From Nemertoderma westbladi (Eukaryota > Animalia > Xenacoelomorpha): DNA of 39,084 nt. The notes under the pieces are model-generated. The model made no database searches and had not been told where the DNA came from. It was given only the letters and a program-made list of their open reading frames with translations. Position 1 is the stretch's first letter; the number at the start of each line of letters is the position of its first letter. The stretch covers positions 1-39,084 of the forward strand of contig JAUCBJ010000613.1 of NCBI GenBank assembly GCA_032718475.1, given 5' to 3'. The position numbers and the translations under genes are program-made. Below, in pieces: positions 11,155 to 22,916 of this stretch.

Positions 11155-12750
11155 TTAACCAATAAATGAGCAGTATTTAATGAGAATACATTTTTTATGC
11201 CGGTTTAATTACTTTAGATCAATTAAAGACACGATTATTAAAGCAAATCACTTGAACTAATTAAAAACTATAATAGAATGGAGTATGCGGATTACATCTG
11301 TATATTTTTTAAGTATAATTATTGAAGTCTTATACTGTAAAACAATTAATTTCCTTTAAAAGGCAGGTTGAAAATGGTGTTTTTACCGTAATCAACTTAA
11401 TTAACTAATTAACTGCTATTATCTTAGCTTCTCGAAGGCCACACGGAAATTCTACTTGGAAAATTTCTAAACTTTTGCCATACAACATGTGTACCAAGTT
11501 TGGATAGATTTCATCAAAGATTGGCCGAGTTATTAACGTTTAAAATTGAACACGACAGAACGACAGAACGACAGAACGACAGAACGACAGGTTGATTAAT
11601 GGTACCACTACGCTAAGGCTCACTCACTTCGTGGCTCGCCCCACATACAACCCCCCTCCACTGGCATTCCCAGCAACTGGCTCCCTTACACACACATCCC
11701 CCATCTATGTACCAGCCAACTTGCAAGTTGGCCAATAAATGATCAGTATTTAATGAGAATCCATTTTTTATGCCGTTTTAATTACTTTAGATCAATTAAA
11801 GACACAATTATTAAAGCAAATCACTTGAACTAATTAAAAACTATAATAGAATGGCGTATGTGGATTACATCTGTATAATTTTTAATTATAATTATTTAAA
11901 TCTTATACTGTAAAACAATTAATTTCCTTTAAAAGGCAGGTTGAAAATGGTGTTTTCACCGTAATCAACTTAATTAACTAATTAACTGCTATTATCTTAG
12001 CTTCTCGAAGGCCACACGGAAATTCTACTTGGAAAATTTCTAAACTTTTGCCAAACAACATGTGTACCAAGTTTGGATAGATTTCATCAAAGATTGGCCG
12101 AGTTATTAACGTTTAAAATTGAACACGACAGAACGACAGAACGACAGAACGACAGGTTGATTAATGGTACCACTACGCTAAGGCTCACTCACTTCGTGGC
12201 TCGCCCCACAATTCCTCTCAGGTTAGTCTACAGCCACAACTCCCAGCAGCTAGCTCCACACCAGCAGAGACTTGACCAATAATGGGAAGGATTAAATTTG
12301 TACTCAATAATTGTGCGGTTTAATTACGTTTAGATCAATTAAAGACACATTTATTAAAGCAAATCACTTAAACTAATTAAAAACTATAATAGAATGACGT
12401 ATGGGGATTATATCTGTATAATTTTTAAGTATAATTATTTAAATCTTATACTGTAAAACAATTAATTTCCTTTAAAAGGCAGGTTGAAAATGGCGTTTTC
12501 ACCGCAATCAACTTAATTAACTAATTAACTGCTATTATCTTAGCTTCTCGAAGGCCACACGGAAATTCGACTTGGAAAATTTCTAAACTTTTGCCAAACA
12601 ACATGTGTACCAAGTTTGGATAGATTTCATCAAAGATTGGCCGAGTTATTAACGTTTAAAATTGAACACGACAGAACGACAGAACGACAGAACGACAGGT
12701 TGATTAATGGTACCACTACGCTAAGGCTCACTCACTTCGTGGCTCGCCCC
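11155..12750 (+). repeat. Three tandem ~545-565 bp units, each ending in an (ACGACAGA)n microsatellite and the CTTCGTGGCTCGCCCC terminus
   Basis: Terminal motif ends at 11642, 12207 and 12750; unit bodies are nearly identical. A diverged unit lies at ~8620-9165. Confidence 0.9.
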
Positions 12751-13161
12751 GCAACAAAGTATCAGTAAAAAACTGTAAGACTGAACAATCCCAGTATGAT
12801 CGGCTCAAAGCTCCACATCGACAGAGAGAATCGCTCTGATTGGCTGAAGCCAAACAAAGAACCATGCGTCCAATGGCTGTTTCCATTTAAGCAACCAGCT
12901 GCTAGATGTCGTAATCTGAATCATCACGGCTAAGCTGTGTAAAAGTATTTGCCGTATTGCGGGTTTTTTGCCTTACCATGTCCGCTAAAACACGTATATA
13001 GCAGAATGACTTTTATGTCCGTTAAAACACCTGTAACGGTACCTTGCGGGCGAGGGGAATATATATACAGTTAGAGAACCTTTTTTAGAGTATTCCAGCG
13101 CCTGGGGGGAAACTGGATTGCGAAGCAAAGGGGCCAGTTATATCCCACAGAAGCTTTTACA
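12751..13161 (-). repeat. 5' LTR of copy A, proximal (U3) part
   Basis: First ~90 nt match the copy B LTR start (TGTAAAAGCTT.TGTGGGATATAACTGGCCC...GGCGCTGGAATACTCTAAAAA). CCAAT and TCAGT occur at equivalent positions. Confidence 0.85.
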
Positions 13162-13514
13162 GGTATCAAGTTCACATTGGTCAAACCTTCCGAAGTAATG
13201 TAAATACTGTAGTAATTTTTCAACGCTAAAAATATTTTTTTGTCAGATTTTCGGACACAATAAGTGGCCAAATTTTTTTATTTAATTTCAACTTTTATTC
13301 CCACCACCAACACTGTCTATAAAAACTAAAAAGGCAGAAATATCGGTAAATTTGAAATATTATGTTTGGTTTAAAGTTTGTGCAGCCAATGTACCACTGG
13401 ACTGGACACCGGAGTGTAGGGGCAATATAATAATAATTGTTATACAATATAACTTTAAGGAATAAACTAATAGGCCTTCGTAATGTTCCATATAAATGTA
13501 ACCAAACCACTTGG

Positions 13515-13761
13515 CTACAATGACGAACCTGCAACTCCTAATCCCATAACGAATAACACCGTCCCAGTTGAGATCAATGACCTAGGGATGGGTAGCCAAG
13601 GTGCTGGTCCTATTAACTGGTGGCCCAGGAATGAAGTTATCGAGGAAATTATAAATATTTCTTTCGTAAAACCAAACCGGTCACAGAATCCTCCTATAGC
13701 AACGCCACCAATGCTGTACGCAGCTCCTAGCAACACGAACATTAGACTCGTTGTCATCGGC
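13515..13761 (-). CDS. SLC18B1: Exon 2 of an SLC18B1-like MFS transporter (ends at an apparently premature TAG; gene may be a pseudogene)
   Basis: Hydrophobic MFS sequence with GGFCDRFG and LIGPAPWLPIP. Acceptor TAG|G at 13762 completes the phase-2 codon left by exon 1 (GG+G, then CCG ATG). Confidence 0.75.
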
Positions 13762-14215
13762 CTATTATAATAAACATAACTTTGTCAATGAAATGTAAAA
13801 GAAGTAAGGAAAGTTACAGTAGGTTAAAAATAACTTCCAGTTATAATAAACTTAAAAACTTTTAAAAAGGTTCTTCAACAGTTATTAAGCCTTGACGATG
13901 AAACAATTTCGCCACATAGCGGCGAACCGTGATATTGCACGACCCATAAACAGTTTAATAATAGATAACTTCCATATAATAGCATATTCTGTGAAAGTTT
14001 CATCAAAACTGATGCAGTAGTTATTAAATCACTGTTGGTTATGCCGAGGGAAGAGTCCCAGTCGAAGGTTTGATCTCAAGAAAATGGTCAACGTCATTAT
14101 AATCTAAAATAAATAACACAATATTCGTAGACCTCCCACTGGCCTGTAACCACATGTTAAATCTTGTAACATGTGTTAACTTTTGTTTATTGTTTTGGTT
14201 CCTCCAACACTCCTT

Positions 14216-14295
14216 ATAACCTGCTCCTTTACTAACCCGCTCCTTTACTAACCTGCTCCTTTACTAACCTGCTCCTTTACTAACCTGCTCCTTTA
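14216..14295 (+). repeat. 16-bp minisatellite (TAACCTGCTCCTTTAC)x5
   Basis: Direct inspection. Confidence 0.9.
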
Positions 14296-14454
14296 AATGG
14301 CAATGGGACCTAACGCTGTTTGGGTACTAACGCGACTTTACCTCTTTGTTTTGTACAGAACGTGCTGTAAAATCTTGAGTCTTTGTTTTGTACTCACCCA
14401 AGATCCTACTGTAGTAACAATATTCTACAACTGAAAGTCTGTAACTGAGAGTCT

Positions 14455-14820
14455 GTTTATTTTGGTAGAATAGTTGATTATTTTGGGGGAATACGTATTT
14501 ATTTTGGGGAAAATATGTATTTATTTTGGGGTATTATTTATTTATTTTTGGGGATTATGTATTTATTTTGGGGGATTATGTATTTATTTTGGGAAAATTT
14601 GTATTTATTTTGGGAAAATTTGTATTTATTTTGGGAAAATTTGTATTTATTTTCTGGGTTTTGTAATTTATTTTCGAGGGAAAAATAGGTTTTGGGGAGC
14701 ATTTATTTATTTTGGTGTTGAATAATTGTTTTTGGTGTTGAAAAATTTATTTTGGTGTTTGAATAATTTTATTTGGGTGACTTTATTTTATTTGGTGTTG
14801 ATTAATTTTTATTTTGGTAA
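14455..14820 (+). repeat. ~21-bp T/G-rich minisatellite (TATTTATTTTGGGAAAATTTG-like)
   Basis: Direct inspection; it explains the spurious ORF 14474-14725. Confidence 0.85.
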
Positions 14821-14879
14821 CATTATTTAAATTGTTGTAATATAATTTTTATGGTGAAATTTTCATGAATTTAGGTGCT

Positions 14880-16091
14880 TGTAAAAGCTTTTGTGGGATA
14901 TAACTGGCCCTTTGCTCCGCAATCCAGTTCCCCCCCCCAAGGCGCTGGAATACTCTAAAAAGCTCCCTAACTCAAAGGATGAAAGCTACCGGCTGATTGG
15001 CTGATTTGCCTAGCGACGGCCTCTTTGTTACGTTCGATCGGCCAACCAGAGCTATAACAACAGAGTATGCAACCAGAGCAACCGAGCGGAGTGACTCATT
15101 TTGTGTGCTGGCCAAGGGCTGCAAAAACCCTGATAGTTAGGCATTTAGACATTCGTGGAACCTGTGAAATCTGATGCTCTGCCAATGAGAGCTTTTCCTT
15201 TCTGTGTTGAAATCTACCTGCAGCAGCTCACAGGGTTCAGTGTGTTGGTTTTTCCAGAGCCTAGAAACATCGGCCGTGGAATATTTCTGAATTATTCCAA
15301 CATTAGAACGTCTTTAATTATAAGAACACATAACTGTTACCGGCACGGCACGGCACGGTACAGCGGTACGAGACACTAAGAACACATAACGGTATGGTAC
15401 GTATTGCACATTATTTACTGCTATTGCTGTTTGTTATTAAATGTATCATTCGTTTGCATATTGTTATTTGGAGAATAACTATAAACGATCAGAAACCCCG
15501 ATCTTCTTGATACACTAAGGTTAGAGAGACCGGCTACATATAGCAATTGTGACTTATATTATCATGGTTTGTAGTGAATTGAATGCTATTTTATAGGCCC
15601 TACAAATGTCGGTTGCTATTCTCTTTATATATGATTAAAATCAGTGACTATCGGCAATTCAGTGTGCAGCGGTGTGCAATAGTCTGTATGTGCTTGTCCG
15701 CGTAACAAAGCATCTCCTAAAGAATACGCTTTATGTGTAACTTATAATCCATTCCGCTGTGTTTAGTGTAAGCCATAGCTCTGTTTATATAGATAGAGCG
15801 CCACGTCCTAAAGGAACTGCTAATATTTCCCGAAAGTGAATAATATTTGTCAGACATTATATATTAACGATCAATCGAATAGTACGGTAGGCCTGCACCG
15901 CAATCAAATTAAAGCATCCGAATCCAGTCTCCCGGGTATATCCAGCGGGTGAATGGTCGCGCATAGACTGGCTTCGGCTAATGTTGGATTTATTTGTCTC
16001 AAATACTTGTCATAGGCTAAAGTCAATTTATAACCTAGAAGACATATAGATTTGGCGGGTTAAACTGCCAAAGGTCTTAAAAGCGCGAACA
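14880..16091 (+). repeat. 5' LTR of copy B (1212 bp)
   Basis: TGTAAAAGC...GCGCGAACA; direct repeat of 26781-27996. Confidence 0.95.
15182..15241 (+). promoter_or_regulatory. Candidate LTR promoter: CCAAT box and TCAGT initiator-like motif
   Basis: CCAAT at 15182 and TCAGT at 15237. Copy A has the same pair with similar spacing (12843 and 12784, minus) in otherwise diverged U3. Confidence 0.45.
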
Positions 16092-16102
16092 GTAACAGTT
16101 AT
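16092..16102 (+). promoter_or_regulatory. Primer-binding-site position of copy B (GTAACAGTTAT), complementary to LTR segment 15330-15340
   Basis: Abuts the LTR terminal CA. Exact reverse complement ATAACTGTTAC at 15330-15340, and at 27235-27245 in the 3' LTR. Confidence 0.8.
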
Positions 16103-16369
16103 TGCTTCTTGATTGCGGCGTAAGCAATCAAGTTGATAGTACCGGTCGACCGGTAACCAGTAGGCCTGACTGCCTGATCATCCGGACCGGTACTTACTTA
16201 CAGTACGGGTACAGCAGTACTATTTCGATTGTGATATTGTATATTGTGGGCTGCTAGGGGATTAGGGATTGATCACCCCTCATTCCTTTGTATAGTTTAC
16301 TTATTTCTGTCGGTTTTATTTACTAGTAGGCTAATATTGAGCAGAAGGCGTGTAAGCCTGCTCAGATTG

Positions 16370-16950
16370 TACAGATAATTTGTAGGCTAGACTGTTGTCT
16401 AACTGTTGTTAAGTCTGAACGGATTGCAGTGCATGTAGAGTGTATGTCCGATAAAGTGCCGGTTAGAAATGTAGGGGCAGCCAGAGCTGTAAGGTAAATC
16501 CCCCACCGAAAGAATAAGTCGTACTACTAGGTTAGAACGCATACTAACTAACCATTTCGGAGTCTGTATGTCCTGTAGTTTATTTAGGCTTAATAGTAGT
16601 CTGCCAGCGTTTGGTCTGTATTTTGTTTGTGTAGTTTGTACGGGTAGCGTAATATTTCTTACTTAGATAATTTGTAGGCTGGATTTTGCCTAGCTGTTAT
16701 TAGGTCTGAGGAGATTTCGGTGTGTGTAGAGTATATGTCCGATAAAGTGCCAGTTGGGAATGTAGGGGCTTCCAGTGCTGTGAGGCAAACCCCCTGTGAA
16801 AGAATAAGTCGTACTACTAGGTTAGAACGCATACTAACTAACCATTTCGGAGTCTGCATATACCGTAGTTTGTTTAGGCTTGATAGTAGTCTGTCAGTAT
16901 TTCGTCTGCATTTTGTTTGAGTAGTTTGTACGCGTAGCGTAATATTTATT
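16370..16950 (+). repeat. ~290-bp tandem duplication in the copy B leader
   Basis: GTACTACTAGGTTAGAACGC at 16521 and 16811. Confidence 0.85.
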
Positions 16951-18234
16951 ATTCAGAGTTTATGCGATTATTCGCAACATTCATTCCCCAAGTTTATTCC
17001 TACAGTAATTGTGTTTGTTATACATACCGTTATAGTTAAACTAACTCCGGTACTACATCAGGGCTGCTTGGCGTAGGTAAAGACTGGAGATTTTATGCTT
17101 TGGTCACTCCGGCAGATACCGTGGTTCTTTTAGCTGTTCAAGTATTTTTAACGACTGATTATTTGTTGTACAAGTACTTGTACCTAATTTAGGGTTTATT
17201 GTACAGTGCTTTCCGAAGGTAATTAGCGTGTAGGCAGTATATTTGTGTTGTAAAGTGGTTAATAGGCACGTTGGTTCTGGTAGACCGCGGTAATTAACTT
17301 CTAGGTAGGGACACTCCGTGATACATAACGTAGTACCTATAGCGATACGGCTATAGGTCGTCAGACGGTGGTATTTTCCTATCTGGACAACGCAGTATAT
17401 TTACTACTACTTATTATTTTCAAATACCGTAGTAACCTGTCCGTTGTAATAACCAGATATTCTAACCCTTTGTTAGGCTGGTTAGTAGACTTCTTGTAAA
17501 ATTACCCTAAAAATTCGTATTTGTGTATTTGTAATTTTTTGTGTTTATTTAGAGATTGTAATCTCACCCGATTTGTACGTAATTTTTAGTATTAAGTAAC
17601 TTAGGTAAATTAGAATTATTTGTTTTAGTGTCCAACAAGTAACACTCCACTGAGAGCGCACCGCTTCTGTGTAGTGACTCCCCCCAGAAATAATAACATT
17701 TATTTCAAATATTGACAAAAACCCATTTTAACGGGTATATATATTATAAATCAACTCAAACGATTTATAAATAGTAGGCCTGCCATACAACAACTAGGTC
17801 TCAATATCAGTTGGACTACTGCTCAAATAACGGTAATAAAGTAAGTTAAAGTAACCAAGTAACCCCTAAAATTTCAGAAATTCAATTATTCTAAAATAAT
17901 TGACATACCGGTATTTACAATAGGCTTATTATATTTATTTCTATAAATTTTAGGCTGAAATTATACCGGTATTCTGTAATTAATTCTAGTCTGTAATTAT
18001 ACTTATATATATATATTATAAGTGTAAGCTGCATACCGGTATTCTGTGACAAACCTAGTCTGTAATAATACTTATATATACTATAAGCATACCGGTATTC
18101 TAATATATTGTATATATATCACGTTACATAGAGTAACGATATCGGTAATTAATTACTAGGCTAACAGTGATACTGAATTACTAGACTTGCTTTAACTGTA
18201 ATATAGCAGTAGGCATTCAACTGTACAATCAAAC

Positions 18235-21200
18235 ATATCTGACACAAAACGGGCACTGTCAGATAGTCTTTTGAAAGGTGTTAGAATGAGTCTTCGACTT
18301 GGACAGTGTCTTGAAAGGATAGAAGACAGAAAAGCAGCAGCAGCGGCAGCTGCAGAAGCGGAAAGAAAAGTAGCAGCGGCAGAAGCGGAAAGAAAAGCGG
18401 CAGAGGCAGTGGCAGAAGCAGACTTGAGGAGACAAACCAGAAGACAGTTATTTGCCTCCTCCGATGAAGGTGATATAAGAGATCCCGAAAGTAGAGGTAA
18501 TAAATCTCGTTCAAGCAGGCGTAGAAGAATGCCACACTGTCCGAAGTTACCTAATTTGCCTCCTGCGGTGAGACTAGCTAGCACAGACTTAGGTAGTACA
18601 GAACCCACAGACCAAATTATTACAGTAGAAAGACTCCCTACTATAGTAGATGAGCCTGAAATAATTAGGCCTGTTCTCAAAGACACCCCTGCGGTGATAG
18701 AGACACCTGTACTCCCAGAACCTACCTCTAAATTCCCTTTGCACAGCACGAAACTACCTGTGCCCAGTAGGACTGTTCCCGAGTCCGAACCCATCCTGGA
18801 CGCCGAGCGAGATATTAAGAATTTATCGCCCGTCGTCTCTCGCTTGCCCGCTACTACGTTGGCGACTCCCGCTTCGGCGGTCGAGTGGGTAGCTGAGGGA
18901 CGACGGGAGATGAGTCTCCTGCTCGGGCAGCTGAGGGAACATTGTAAATGTTCCTCCCAGCAGGTCCGGGAGTTGGAAGGGACTGTTCAGCAGTTAAAGG
19001 GAGCAGTAAGAGAGGGTAGGTTAGCGTTGCAAGAAGTGCAGCAAAGTATCGCGTTAGAACGCGATAAGTTAGTAAATTTACAAAAGGGTATACCACCACC
19101 CTCTGTAACAATGTGTCAACCTGTTAGGTCTGAAGTATTTCATGCGCAAGGTGTGGAGCCTACACGCATCTATACTGTTAGTGTTAGTGAAGTAGAAACT
19201 CCTATAGTAAACCCTATTAAGGGTAATTATAAACCTGTTGACAGTGATATTCCATATAGACTTGATAATAATCCGAGAAATTTATATACCGATAACTCGA
19301 TATTAAATAACACGATGGCCCAAGAAAGCTTTACGCGTCAGATGGCTAGAACAGAAGCCCGCCAAGCGGTCAAAGTGGGAGAGATCGTCAAATTCAATGG
19401 AGATGAGATGAAATGGTTACCTTTCAATGAATATTACAAAGATAACATACAGAACTCCGTGTTATCTAACGGAGAAAAGCTTAGATTCCTCATTGAGTGC
19501 TTGGAGGGATCTCCCAAGTTAATGGCGTTAAAGTTTATTGGACATCCAGATGGATTAAGACAAGTTTGGGATACAATAAACATCAGGTATGGTAATAGGA
19601 CTAACATAGCTAGGTATTTGTATGCAAAATTAATGGCGCCCCGAAAGTTTCTTAGCAGCGGGATTATAGAGTTTTCCGACGAAATTCAGGAGATCTGTAG
19701 ACAGCTAGATTGGTTAGGTAAGTCTCATGAATACCAGAATTCTATGGTTGTAGGAGCCTTAGCATCAACTCTGCCAAAGGGTGGAGTAGGTACACGCTGG
19801 GACAAGACAGTGTTATATATGATGGAACAACAGCAACGAGACCCTACCATGGCTGATCTCATGTCATTCTTGGATGGCGAAGTGAAATTACAGCTCATAA
19901 AGCAGTCCAGAGAGAGGACACCGGAAAACAAGGTTATTTGAGAAACCCGTCTCTAGGAGAAAGGTAACACCAGTGTGTTATACAGACGACGGCGAAAGCC
20001 AGACTTCTCAAGGAGAGGATAGCGGGAAAGACACTGAAAGATCTTACTATGACAACAAAGCGACTAAGGACGTAAGTAAATTCAAGTCTCGAACCAATGA
20101 CAGGAGAGAACAGGTAAGAAAAACTCCTCCTACGTCTCCCAAGAGAATTCAGGTGAGAAAGCCCGAGGAAAGAACGAGCGTGCACCACACAGCACATGTT
20201 AAAGTAAGTAACATCAAGCCCAAATGTGTGTTGTGCGACGGGCCCCACCGTTTAAATGAGTGTAATGAATTCCTAAAGAAATCATTAAAGGATAGACGTG
20301 AAGTCATGTGGGATAAGCGGTTGTGTTATAATTGTCTCAGACGAGGACACCAACGGCGAACCTGTTACTCCGACGCAAGGTGTGCGAAGTGCGGCGCGAA
20401 ACATCATATTTTGTTGCACACCGAATTCGAAAGAAATAGTCCGAGTCAGGTGAGTGATTCCGAACTACATGTCCAATTCAGTGATGTGAACGACACTGAT
20501 CAATCTGAGATGGAAGGATTCTATACGGATGAGTTCTCCGACGAAAACGAATCCTGTTACATGATAAATACCGCAGTGTATCGAGCACTCACTTATGAAA
20601 AAGATACAGAAAGTGACCTCACTCTAACTACTTCTGATCGACAACCATCTTGGAAAGCGCCAACTTCCAATGTAGGGATTAGAGAATTTCCTGTGGTACA
20701 GATAAGGGTCCACGGACCAAAAAGGAGTTATGTAGTGAACGCCCTCCTTGACTCCGGTAGTACAGGAACATTCATCGACAAAGAGCTAGCCGAAGACATA
20801 TTTGCTGGACAACCCAAGTTCCGAACTAAGCTAAACATGTCAGGAATTATGCAGGTTTGGAAATCTACAGTAACAGCGGATTATTATGTAGGTGCGTTGT
20901 CCACCCCCCAGGACGAACTAGGAGAACATAGCATAAGGTCAGTGAAAATGGTGGCAATAAAGAACTTCGCTACCACCCAAGTGGAACCTTATAACTGGGA
21001 TGAGGACGATTTCACCCAGCAGTTTGAAATACCTAGATTCAACACCGATTACCCTGGAGTCCAAATACTCATCGGTCAAAATGCGCATGAAGCGCTCGAG
21101 ACATTGGAGAAACGGCCTGCTCAACCGCAACCTCTACAAGTTTATGCGGGAAGAACTAGAGTAGGTTGGTACTTTACTGGCCCTTCTCGTAGAACTCTTA

Positions 21201-21651
21201 TGGAAAGATTACCAAAAGAACAGGTATATCAATTAAGTGAACGGGAAGTGGAGAGCAGTGAAGTTGACGACCCAACTGAGGGAACACCATACTCCTCAGA
21301 TAATGACGACATCAACTCCAATGAAGATCAATAGAGACATTGCCCCGAGACGATCAATCTAGCCGACATCGCTTCCGGAGGAGCAACTCCTCAAGAACTT
21401 ACAGATACTCCAAACCTGTTAGGTGGACCCAACTTCCTAAGTAAAGAAGATGAATGGCCTCCTCAGCTTACCCCGGTGAAGATTAGACAGGCCAAGGGAG
21501 CAGAGAAAGTAACACAACCACTCAATCGCCCAGCTGGTCGTTTATGTTTACCGGAAAGAGACTGAAAACTGTCCGGAAACTATGGAAGACAAGATACTCT
21601 TCCCACGACCACCTCCCTAATCCAACAAATATCTAGGGACTCCATAACGTA
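18235..21651 (+). pseudogene. Copy B Gag-protease-RNase H remnant, disrupted (ORFs 18271-19941 and 19973-21334)
   Basis: Co-linear with the copy A protein. Start codon is ATA at 18235, there is a 1-bp frameshift near 19937, TGG>TAG at 21332-21334 (DQ*RHC), and a further stop near 21563. Confidence 0.9.
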
Positions 21652-22169
21652 ACAACATACGGAGTGGGTGTGTGACTATATTATTTTATATTTATTTTTA
21701 TTATTTATATTATGTATGTATTATTAGGTAATTTTATTATAATCGTTTTCTTTAATTTTATTTAGTAGAATGTTATTTAGTGATTATTTAGTAGATCAGT
21801 GCAATATATTAGTGTTTATTACTTAATTACTTATATATTATATTTAGTGCGACGGCGAGAAATAATTATTTTTCTCTTTCCTTGCTGCCCGTATTACATT
21901 ACGAATACGTAACTACAGTAAGATGAAATGTCCGTACTTATTAAAGTACAATAAAGCCACTACTATATACAAGTATTATTGGTAGGCAGAGTATTAGGAA
22001 TGCAAAGTTCAGATCCTCGTGTCTCGGCTAAACCAAGCTCTGGGTAGACCTTGGAAACGACTTGCCTCTTCACACTGACATTGCTTCGTGCGATATTGCT
22101 CTCATACCGTATATTAAATAATACATATAGTAGCGTGATGTACCTTTAACAGCAGCGTAAAACGCAAAA

Positions 22170-22485
22170 TAAATCTGTTAAACCCTTTGACCATCTGCAA
22201 TTCTAGTCGATTAAGATATCGCGGCACCCACCGATATACTTGAAAGACAAAATTCTAGAATCAGTGGTTAACGTCCCCAGACAAGTTCTGGAATAAATTG
22301 GTGCCCATCTCAAATATTAATTATTTAATATTTACAAATCTATAAATCAAAATCTGTAAAATTCAGATCCTTTAACAATTCTAGTCGATTAAGATATCGT
22401 AGCACTTACCGATACTCTTAAAAGACAATTTTCATAGAATTAAGGATCCTATGTCCCCAGACCTGCTCTGGAATCAAATTGTGTC
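22170..22485 (+). repeat. Diverged ~178-bp tandem duplication in the copy B 3' internal region
   Basis: CAATTCTAGTCGATTAAGATATCG and GTCCCCAGAC each occur twice, ~178 bp apart. Confidence 0.75.
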
Positions 22486-22916
22486 AATTGTACTATCAAA
22501 TAATAATATTTCAGGGAATAAATTTAAATTCATATTTTAATGAATTTAATAAATTGTCATTCTGTGCAATTTATAACATTCCCAAAATCCCATTAATTAA
22601 TAGATCACGGGAGCGGAGATTCATCCTATTAAGTGTGTTAGAGTGTGAGAATCTCCCATGTATGAGTCAATAGCCGATAAAATTTATAAAATCATATATA
22701 AACGAGATATTGGACCATTAAAGAATTACTATTAAATAGCATCCCAGATCTGTATGCATGAGAATTACCCTAATTCTACCGCTAGCTTTCCATAATGTCA
22801 CCATGGCAACAACCACGCTAGAATTAGAAGCGAGTTAACAGAACAATAAAAAGCTTGCTCATTGAATAGCATACGGAATAAATAGCACACCGCTAGTATC
22901 CAAGGATACATAATAA

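Larger units (their letters stand above)
7604..12750. mobile_element. Nested composite insertion of Helentron/HINE-like non-autonomous repeats inside the copy A 5' LTR
   Basis: Starts CACGTTCGTGGGGACTTCGCGCAGCACG (again at ~9167) and ends CGCTAAGGCTCACTCACTTCGTGGCTCGCCCC. Same terminal motifs as 22917-24783. Removing it rejoins a ~1.26 kb LTR. Family assignment is inferred from sub-terminal inverted repeats, microsatellites and tandem units. Confidence 0.65.
1..13161 (-). mobile_element. BEL/Pao-type LTR retrotransposon copy A (RT-deleted; 3' part runs off the left edge)
   Basis: Reverse complement of copy B: window position 1 matches ~22071. Starts TGTAAAAGCTT on the minus strand at 13161, as the copy B LTRs do. 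Carries a Gag-PR ORF with BEL/Pao motifs. Confidence 0.9.

Noticed and set aside
14474-14725. Hydrophobic repetitive ORF (also 30854-31303 and 9127-9582)
   Set aside because: These are translations of minisatellites or repeats with homopolymer runs.
15155-15379. 74-aa ORF repeated at 27060-27284
   Set aside because: It is duplicated only because it lies in the LTR; it has a GTG start and is not evidently preserved in the copy A LTR.
16092-16160. Conventional tRNA PBS after the 5' LTR
   Set aside because: There is no TGG (complement of tRNA CCA) near the LTR end in either copy. Priming by an internal tRNA fragment cannot be excluded without the host tRNA set.
19930-19975. Programmed gag frameshift in copy B
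   Set aside because: Copy A is open through the same site and there is no slippery heptamer. A 1-bp insertion explains it.
1-22071. Single giant TIR element (Polinton or foldback) or assembly artefact explaining the inverted arms
   Set aside because: The arms are substantially diverged, and copy B has its own LTR pair and TSD. They are separate LTR insertions.
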